This document shows, in pieces, positions 26,601-35,609 of a DNA stretch of 64,000 bases (its first letter is position 1; the number at the start of each line of letters is the position of its first letter). The stretch covers positions 3,658,001 to 3,722,000 of the forward strand of contig CATNEN010000037.1 in assembly GCA_950097015.1 (NCBI GenBank). The letters run 5' to 3'. Below the pieces are notes generated by a model, which was given only the letters and a program-made list of their open reading frames with translations, had not been told where the DNA came from and made no database searches. A program made the translations under genes and the position numbers. The DNA comes from Macrostomum hystrix (Eukaryota; Animalia; Platyhelminthes).

Positions 26601-29600
26601 GGATGGGTCAATCTGGTGAATTTAATGCGGGTAACACAGCTCAAAGTACGAGTAATTTTTTTACAAAAATTAATCAGACTCGGAGGAATTGCTCACGAGC
26701 TGCACCGAGTGCACCATTGCTCCCGTCCAGCTGTCCCAGACTCGGACGCAGCCGGAAATAGTCTGGCACAGGTAGCGATCAGCTGTCATCGAATTAGACG
26801 CCAGCAGCTGCTGAGCCTCAGAGTCGCTAGCCGATGATGCTGACGCAGTCGCATTGAACAGATGATAAACGATCTCGGATTTGTCCAGCTGCCACACTTG
26901 AATAGAGCCGCCCGGAGCGCAGACCACGGCCGTGTCAGAGTTGACGCGCAGCAGCCGACTGACGCCGGCGTGAGCGGCGCTGAGCAGGCCGCGCGGCGGC
27001 GGCAGGCAGGCCAGGTGAGGCACCAGCCGACCAGCGCCTCCAACAGGATCAGTCAACAGGTAGGCTCGAGCATCCAGCAGGAGTTGACGCACCGAGCTGT
27101 ACCGGTCCGACAGCAGGCTGGCATCAAGGCGTCCAATCAGTTCAACAGCGATGGCGGGCGGGTCGTCGCTGGCAACGCCAGCGGCGAGTTTCAGGAGGTC
27201 CTGCACCAGGCGGACCTCAGGGTCGGCTCGGCCCACAGCCTGCGTTTTTTTGAGTCGCTAGATCTTTTAGTTGTTGGGCTGGGCAAAGTTTGGTACATTT
27301 AAGTGTTGAGTGAAATTGTAGAATGGTAGGTGCAGTCGGTAGGTTTCAGTGTCGAGTGGAATGGTAGGTGCAGTTTGGTAGGTTTCAGTGTCGAATGGAA
27401 TGGTAGGTGCAGTCGGTAGGTTTCAGTGTCGAGTGGAATGGTAGGTGCAGTCGGTAGGTTTCAGTGTCGAGTGGAATGGTAGGTGCAGTTTGGTAGGTTT
27501 CAGTGTCGAGTGGAATGGTAGGTGCAGTTTGGTAGGTTTCAGTGTCGAGTAGAATGGTAGGTGCAGTTTGGTAGGTTTCAGTGTCGAGTGGAATGGTAGG
27601 TGCAGTTTGGTAGGTTTCAGTGTCGAGTGGAATGGTAGGTGCAGTTTGGTAGGTTTCAGTGTCGAGTGGAATGGTAGGTGCAGTTTGGCAGGTTTCAGTG
27701 TCGAGTGGAATGGTAGGTGCAGTCGATAGGTTTCAGTGTCGAGTGGAATGGTAGGTGCAGTTTGGTAGGTTTCAGTGTCGAGTAGAATGGTAGGTGCAGT
27801 TTGGTAGGTTTCAGTGTCGAGTGGAATGGTAGGTGCAGTTTGGTAGGTTTCAGTGTCGAGTGGAATGGTAGGTGCAGTTTGGTAGGTTTCAGTGTCGAGT
27901 GGAATGGTAGGTGCAGTTTGGTAGGTTTCAGTGTCGAGTGGAATGGTAGGTGCAGTTTGGTAGGTTTCAGTGTCGAGTAGAATGGTAGGTGCAGTTTGGT
28001 AGGTTTCAGTGTCGAGTGGAATGGTAGGTGCAGTTTGGTAGGTTTCAGTGTCGAGTGGAATGGTAGGTGCAGTTTGGTAGGTTTCAGTGTCGAGTAGAAT
28101 GGTAGGTGCAGTTTGGTAGGTTTCAGTGTCGAGTGGAATGGTAGACTGGTAGGTGCAGTTTGGTAGGTTTCAGTGTCGAGTGGAATGGTAGAATGGTAGG
28201 TGCAGTTTGGTAGGTTTCAGTGTCGAGTGGAATGGTAGGTGCAGTTTGGTAGGTTTCAGTGTCGAGTGGAATGGTAGGTGCAGTTTGGTAGGTTTCAGTG
28301 TCGAGTGGAATGGTAGGTGCAGTTTGGTAGGTTTCAGTGTCGAGTGGAATGGTAGGTGCAGTTTGGTAGGTTTCAGTGTCGAGTGGAATGGTAGGTGCAG
28401 TTTGGTAGGTTTCAGTGTCGAGTGGAATGGTAGGTGCAGTTTGGTAGGTTTCAGTGTCGAGTGGAATGGTAGGTGCAGTTTGGTAGGTTTCAGTGTCGAG
28501 TGGAATGGTAGGTGCAGTTTGGTAGGTTTCAGTGTCGAGTGGAATGGTAGGTGCAGTTTGGTAGGTTTCAGTGTCGAGTGGAATGGTAGGTGCAGTCGGT
28601 AGGTTTCAGTGTCGAGTGGAATGGTAGGTGCAGTCGGTAGGTTTCAGTGTCGAGTGGAATGGTAGGTGCAGTTTGGTAGGTTTCAGTGTCGAGTGGAATG
28701 GTAGGTGCAGTTTGGTAGGTTTCAGTGTCGAGTGGAATGGTAGGTGCAGTTTGGTAGGTGGCAGCCCAGTTAGGCACACCTGGTAATCGGCCATCAGAGC
28801 CTGGTAGCCCATGCCGGTGGCCTTGGCCAGGATCCAGCTCAGGTTGCAGGCGAAGCGCCTCTTGTAGTCGGCCAGCCTCTCCGGCTCAGAGGCGGCGCGG
28901 CCCGGCCTGAGCGAGTCCAGCCTGAGGCGCGGCAGCAGCGCCAGGACTCGAGTGTTGCTAGGCGACACCGGCTGCGGCGTCACCTGCCGATCGGCGTCTC
29001 GGATTGTTAGCGGCGACTTCAGGCGCGACAATGTCAAGGTGCGACGAATGCCGGTCTCGACTGAGAACAGTGCGAATAGGCGATCCGGCAGACCAGGGTC
29101 TGAGGCCACGTACCTGTGAGGATTTGCCAATCCAACTAATCATTGTTAAGACGTGCAAATGATCGTCCCGCTTAGTCTAGCAAAGTCTAGCAAGTCTTAG
29201 TTTATTAGTCTAGCAAAGTCTAGCAAGTCTTAGTTTATTAGTCTAGCAAAGTCTAGCAAGTCTTAGTTTATTAGTCTAGCAAAGTCTAGCAAGTCTTAGT
29301 TTATTAGTCTAGCAAAGTCTAGCAAGTCTTAGTTTATTAGTATAGCAAAGTCTAGCAAGTCTTAGTTTATTAGTATAGCAAAGTCTAGCAAGTCTTAGTT
29401 TATTAGTATAGCAAAGTCTAGCAAGTCTTAGTTTATTAGTATAGCAAAGTCTAGCAAGTCTTAGTTTATTAGTATAGCAAAGGCATCAGCCCTGGATTCC
29501 TGAACTGTTATTTTTGGAGCAGAAAGTGAAGACAGGAAACTCTGTAGCAGTTGCCGCAAATTTCAAAGTCGGCTGTCTCGCACCTGTCATGCGCTGCCTC

Positions 29601-32600
29601 AGTGAACTGCCTGTGAAACCAGCCGAACAACGGCTTGCCGTGGTCCTGCCGCACGCTGATGTACTCGTCAAGGTCGTACTTCAGCCGGGCCCACATAGTT
29701 GGCGGTATGCGCAACACCCCGGGCACTGGCGGACTGTGGAACTGGTACACATCGACCAGGAGATCGTCCTGGCAGGACAGGTAGTCCTCCAATTCGACCT
29801 CGCTGATACCGACACCAACCTGGCTCAGGTAGGTCAGGGGACCAAGGGCCGATCGGACGAACAGCTCTCCGTACCTGCCGGATTTAAAGGAGAATTCAAC
29901 AGCAGTTAGACCACGCTTTCCGTCCGGGGGGGAAGACCCTGGGGTATTTCAAATACACACTGCCTTCTTCTCGATAGCTCCCAAACCGAATGACCGATTT
30001 TTGTGAAAGTACACCATCTGAATTTAAATTTTCTGCCCTTTACGATGAACTGACTTTCAAAGCCGTCCGATCGTTGAGATAATCGGCGATTCTTGTCAAA
30101 GACTCTGTTGACAAGAACATCTACAACTAACATTGCTTTTTACAAATTAAATCAATCCAAAATAGTTACCAATTATAGTAGCAGACATAGTTACATGATG
30201 AAATTTTGTGACCCGAAAAATATGCCCATATTTGTGGTTCTTGCCACCAGACAATACGCCGAGAATCGTTGAACATCTCTACGATGCCGATGTTTTGGGA
30301 TTCTGGAAGTTTTTTAATCTGACAGAGCAGAACATTTTAGTCCGTGTTCAGGATTTTCATAACGGTTGATTGAATATTTTGGGAGACGCAGAAAAAAAAA
30401 TGCGGGTATTTGAAATATCCCGGTGGTCCTTCTACTGTTAATTTGCGATACGCTCGAATTGAATTCCTAAAGTTTGCCCTCTTCAGAGAGGCCATCCTGC
30501 TAAACAACGCCGCGACGTGGACACGACAGCGTCGAAAGCCAGACCCTGCACGGACTCCAAAGTCCGTCCACCAACTTACGCCGGCTGGTCATAACATCCT
30601 GCTGCTCATCTGGCATGGTCAAGCCGAGCTCTCACCTTTTCTCCAGTCCCTCGAACACGTGCTTCACCAGCATCTGCACGCAGTCGTCACCGGGTTGACC
30701 TACTGGCAATCGCGGCTCAGTAAATGATGTCCAGGTTAGCGCCTCTCGCATCAGCACCTTCAGGTAGATCGGCTTCGGGCACATCGCGAACATGTCCAGC
30801 AGGTACTGCTCCTGACTCTCTTGAAGCCGCCTGCCGCGCCTGCTGAGCTTCTTGCGCAACGCCGCCAGCGCAGTGTCGCGCGGCATCGCCGCCACCAATT
30901 CCAGCAGCTCGCAGTCGGGCGGAAATCTAATGTCGGACGCCGGCACTGACGTGAACACCAGGCGGAGGCCGGGCGGGCACACCCGAGGCAGCCAGGCCAG
31001 CGAGTAGGCGCCATCGCGCGGACTCAGCTGATCGAGCGAGTCCAGCAGAAGCAGCAGGCGCTGATTGCTGCCAGGCGCCAGGGGACCCTGGCACAGCGAG
31101 TTCAGGTACTGGGGGAAATACCTGGCGAGAGGGTGTTGGGTTTTTTTGTTGAACAAAAATGAAGAGCACGTATGAGAAAATGTAGATCTGGTAGATTAAG
31201 ATTAAGAAGAACACGGAGAGGAAGATTAAGAAGAACAGGGTGAGGAAGATTAAGAAGAACACGGAGAGGAAGCTTAAGAAGAACACGGAGAGGAAGATTA
31301 ATAAGAACAGGGAGAAGAAAAAGAAGAGACAAAGGATTAACTGGGACAGTTGCATTATGTTTCCGCTAATCCCTTCAGAGCACATCTATTATGGAACCTG
31401 GCTAGCAGAATGGAGCTCGCCGTGGCCTCTTCATCCACTGGCAGGCCGTAGATGAGCTGCAGCTGTTCCAGTAGGCTGCGCAGCAGGTCCCCGATGTGGT
31501 AGCTCATGGCCGATGTGCCCAGATAGCGAAACACGACGCTGACGCCGCTGCCTGGCGGGCACCACTCCTCCGTTGTCATGGTAACGCACTGGGCAAGCAG
31601 AGACGTCTTGCCCATGCCGGAGAGGCCCCGAATGAACAGTGGCCGCTTGGCCCTGCCCGGCTCGTCTAGCAGGTAGCGCTGCAGCCGCGCCAGCTGCTCC
31701 TCCTGGCCGCAGAAGGTCTTGACCTTGTTGACACCCACACGGTGATGACTGAGCACCTCCTGGGCCACGGGTGGCTGCCGTCCCAGCCGGGCCATCTGCA
31801 GCCGGATGAGGCCTCCGACCTCCTCGACAAAGGCGTCGCAGAAGCGTCGGCGATAGTCGCCAACTGAGCCGTCGACTGTGCCGTTGTGCCACGCCACGGA
31901 GTCGAAGCGGCGCACTTTGCGGTTGCCCAGGGCTGGGCCGATCTAGGTTTTTGGGTTCGTTTGAAGGTCACGGGTTTGGAATGTTGCGCAGCTGTTGAGA
32001 CTACCATAGCTGAAACATTCAAGCTGACACATTCAAGCTGACACATTCAAGCTGACACAGTAGAGCGTCACCTCAAAGCTAACCTCATCATTCACAAGCC
32101 GCTCGAGGCGTTCTCGATCTTCTCGTTTAGGCTCCACAAATCGGTCCAGCATCGGTGGCCAACCTTTCTCCTTAGCCGACTCGCCTTCGGCCTCTTTAAC
32201 ATCGACGTCTAGGCGACGAGCTAGACAGGCGGCGGTGCGCCGAGCCGAGTAGCTGTGCACCAGACCGGCTGACACTTCGCGCTCCGTCACCGACTCACTG
32301 TACGCCACCAGCCGCTCTGGGGTTAGCCGACCCGCCTGTCAGAGTTGCGTTGAATATGCGGATTAGAGATTAGAAGAGATTAGGCAACAGCAATTAGGCA
32401 ACATGAGTAACCTACTCACAGAAGTACACGGCTGCACAATGAGCATTTACCTGTGCAAGAAGTCCAGCCGCTCTAACCAATGTCTCACGCAGTCGCCTCG
32501 CCGTGGCGTCCCAGGCGCTGCGGGCGGCGCTTCTCAGCTTAGCATCGGCTGACAGGAAATCTGGCAGGCTGTGCACCACGGGCAGGAGGACCCGGGCTGG

Positions 32601-33907
32601 CGGAAGGCAGTTTTCGTCGCACCGGTACTGGCTTGGTGAGGAGAACCGAAAATCCAAATATTATTTGTCCTTCTCAGGGGGTGAGTGGTAATAAATCAAG
32701 GTCCCTGAGCTAGAATCCGGGTCGTGGTCACTCCATCATTTCATTTAGGGCGCAGCCGCTGTGGAGATGACTTGTGTGTCGTGCAGTTTTACGTCTATGA
32801 GAGGCAAACCACCCTCCAATAATAATAATATTATTAATAATTGAAGGACTGCCGTTGCCAAAGGCATATCATTTGGTGACACTAGACTCGCAGTCAGCAG
32901 TAGGTTATTCTGTCCATTTCGCTGACTCCTGAGCACACATGCACTCAGATCTTGTACGCAGGCATACTCGCACGCAGGTGTGTACAACTGCCCTGACTTT
33001 CTTATCGTCAGGCAGTGTACACTTGCACTGTGCCTTGGAGGTTGGCCCTAAAGGCGTTTATCGCATTGACAAGCCCCCAAGCCTTCTCTCCGCGGCTGCG
33101 CCACAAATGAATGTGGCCTCGCCGTGGAATCGAGCTTAGGGATATTGGTGCGAGTGGCAAATGTGTTAACCGTTCTGTCACTGACCCACCTGCGAACCCC
33201 CACCAAGGCACAATGAGAGTGTACAATGAGAGAGCTGATGCACACACCTGTGTGAGTGTGCCATAGTACGGTATCTATGTGCCTGAGTACTCAAAAGGCA
33301 GAATTTTGCTGGCTGCGGGTATACCGGGATGACAGGCGCAACCTCAAAACCCTGCCAAGTCCGCAGCCCACCTGTTGACCAGTTCAACCTCCGCGGGCTC
33401 CATCACGCTCAGCAGGGCGTCAAATTCGACGGACTGCACCGATTCGGGTGGCCAGCAGCCGCCGCGGCGCTCGCCAATGAAGGCCACAAACGCGGGGCCG
33501 TAGGAGAACTTCAGGCACTGGCGAACCTCGCGCAGGCAGAGCGCCGCCGATGAGTGCTCGTTGACCATCTCCTGCGTGACGCCCCAGCGCAGGTCGACTG
33601 CGGAGAAATCTAGACCCCGATTGGCGCACAGCGACTTTAGCCGGGGAAAGCAGTCCACACTCAGCCAGTTCCGCTCCTCTTTGAAGTCTGTGGGTTTCAA
33701 GACGTTCCGCGATTTTTCCTGAAATAACTTGAACAATTGTCAATTAAACTTACCTGAGAAAGTGGAGCTCAGGAAGATCTTCACAGCATTGGACACGGGC
33801 ACCTGGTGCCTGTCCAAATAGCCACGGAGAATTCTTTGTAAATCCTCATGCGATCCATCCGGATTATCGTGACTGAAGGACGTTTTGCTAAAGTGACAAG
33901 AAAACAT
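20659..33907 (-). CDS. NACHT and WD40-repeat protein (NWD1/NWD2-like STAND ATPase with N-terminal DUF4062-like domain), about 17 exons
   Basis: Exons (approx.): 33907?-33754, 33687-33372, ~32632-32451, 32335-32084, 31942-31398, 31121-30636, 29874-29584, 29113-28780, 27239-26697, 26612-26429, 26215-26065, 25456-25045, 24324-23929, 23338-23099, 22866-22372, 21639-21394, 20907-20659; phases join. Motifs: KIFLSSTFSDFKEER, VDLRWGV, Walker A GLSGMGKT, Walker B LLLDSLDQL, PIYLKV, SEVELEDYLS, and WD repeats (AHTRLVTGL, GHTDLIRCC, SGSRDQTMRVW). Start codon and the exon-3 acceptor are uncertain. Confidence 0.85.
21050..21320. repeat. Degenerate repeat/MITE-like insert (ggaaagtcttggcga x3; inverted ttttcccgtagc/gctacggaaag) in the last NWD intron
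   Basis: Short direct and inverted repeats visible; no coding capacity. Confidence 0.45.
21865..21960 (-). mobile_element. tRNA-like SINE head fragment
   Basis: Minus strand reads cggacttctaagcgagaggtcgggagttcgaatctc then gcggaagacac, similar to the family 2 head and start of body. Confidence 0.5.
22960..23090. repeat. Short degenerate purine-rich repeat (agagtagagatg) in an NWD intron
   Basis: Read directly; explains the L/S-rich middle of ORF 22481-23269. Confidence 0.75.
23445..23702 (+). mobile_element. SINE family 1 copy, 5'-truncated
   Basis: cattcatttggggcgcagcc..., hairpin core, gtgtcaccaaatg and an (att)n tail. Confidence 0.75.
25720..26020. repeat. 26 bp minisatellite in an NWD intron
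   Basis: Unit ctcgtctggtagcagaagggaaatcc. Confidence 0.93.
27320..28760. repeat. 39 bp minisatellite in an NWD intron
   Basis: Unit ggtaggtttcagtgtcgagtggaatggtaggtgcagttt (13-aa period in the spurious ORF). Confidence 0.97.
29175..29482. repeat. 33 bp minisatellite in an NWD intron
   Basis: Unit gtctagcaaagtctagcaagtcttagtttatta, itself built from a duplicated gtctagcaa. Confidence 0.95.
29930..30433. mobile_element. MITE-like element (~500 bp) with ~26 bp imperfect TIRs in an NWD intron
   Basis: Left ggaagaccctggggtatttcaaatac is the inverse of right gtatttgaaatatcccggtggtccttc. Confidence 0.55.
31195..31325. repeat. 24 bp minisatellite in an NWD intron
   Basis: Unit aagattaagaagaacacggagagg, about 5 copies. 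Confidence 0.85.
32818..33195 (-). mobile_element. SINE family 1, near full-length, nested antisense within an older family 1 copy (32755-32817 plus 33196-33330)
   Basis: tRNA-like head ggtgggtcagtgacagaacggtt...aagctcgattcc at the 33195 end and (att)n tail at 32818; flanks are two halves of a plus-oriented copy. Confidence 0.75.
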
Positions 33908-35609
33908 TTGGGATGTAGCTTTCGAATGTCATAGCAGTTTAAAAAAACATCATTTGAAACGTTCAATGAAAACTTACATTTCCATTTTTTAATGGAAACC
34001 ACCAAAATTTATCTACTCAGAATCTACTCATCGTTTGTCTGAAACAACGAAAACGGATTTTTTTTAACGCGCAATAATAAATTTTCTAAACACAATCCTA
34101 GTTGTCATTGACAAAATATTGCTGATTGTTTTCATTTGGCTAACATTACTGAGTTATAAGCTCATATAATATAATAAAATATGCTATATTCCTCATTTGG
34201 ATCCTTAACTGTGAAACTTCAGTGAAAGCATATGAGAATTTTAATTCTATGAAAATTACAGTATTCTTTTACTTATTTTTTTACTTCAAAAAATGTTTTC
34301 TCTATTTTTCTAGAGTTACTCATAATTTTCGTTTCAATAAACAAACCGAACCACACTTAAAGTAAGTTATGACTGACAGAATAGCAACCATTTAGATTCA
34401 TTATATACTTTATTTTCATCTGATTCAACATCTTCCTATGTGTTTTCTTGTTTTATTATTCTTTTTTATTCTTAATAAGAAGATTTTTTCTTTTTTCTTT
34501 TGAGCAGATTTATAAACAAATTCTGCGCATAACATAACCATAACGAAAGTAATTAGACATGCATAAAATCAGACTGTGTGATCAACCAATGCATCATTAT
34601 GAAGGCACTGTGGCAAGTCAAGAAATCAACGAATAGATTAACTCAATGTGACAAATCTTGGTATACATGAAAGTTTAAAAAGATGGCTTAATATGCGCGA
34701 ATAGAAACAGCAGTTACAGTTATAGTATTATTGACTTACAGAGCTGATCATATTTTTAATAAAACAAATATCTCAAGTACAAACAAAAAAATATTTTCTA
34801 ACTAAAATGTGACTTTTAAGTAAGTTGATTTGTTAAAATTTCAAAAGCCGAAACCGGAAATCTCAATTTGAAAGCTAAAAAACGGAAATCAGTCAATCAT
34901 ATTTAAATTAATAAAAACAAAAAGCACAGTTTTTGAGAGGCAAATGTCAGTGAAAAAATAACAATCGAACTTTCCTAGAGCGACAAAACTAAAAAAGCTT
35001 GTGCAAAAAATCTTAAGAAAAATTAAGATTGGCGTGTCCACTTTGAGAAGATCGTTTTTTTAATTACTCGTCAAAATTAAATTATCAAGTTTTGTATAAA
35101 TACATAGACTTGAGTGATGTTCTTTGTGCCAGAATTCATGCAAATTATGACGTAGCATCGATATATGTAATGCATATAAAGAAGAAAGGAAGACTTTCAG
35201 GAAGAAAGAGTACTGAAAAGTTTAAGTCAAATATATTCAGCTTAGAATTTTCTGCTAAGTTAAAATTTCTCGACCTTCTCGAAGAATGATCGTATGAGAA
35301 GCATGCAACGCCATTTTGTTTGCGTAGATGCAACTTCACGAATTTGATTGACGCCTCGAGTCGGGCTTTTATCTTTCGGCAATTGATACAAATGACATTA
35401 AAACTGGCTCACAGTAGTTAGGAGACGAGAATAGACATGAAAAACCCAACGAGGTAAACTGATACTTGATTATTTGATAGATACTTATTGCATGTGGCGA
35501 TGACATAGTGCTAGCTTACTTTAAACAAAGATATAAGAACAGTATACTTTCCAAAGTCTCGCATAGAAGCCCAAAATGTATCCTCGAACACCGGGCATCT
35601 TTTGCGAGT

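Noticed and set aside
27320-28760. Avoidance of AG and GT on the sense strand of intronic repeats
   Set aside because: True for the 39 bp unit but not for the CDC6 or NDUFS2 repeats, so there is no general rule.
32985-33030. Hammerhead ribozyme (CTGACGA...GAAA) in SINE family 1
   Set aside because: Only 3 nt separate CTGACGA and GAAA (no stem II) and there is no stem III or NUH site; the motif folds instead as a simple hairpin.
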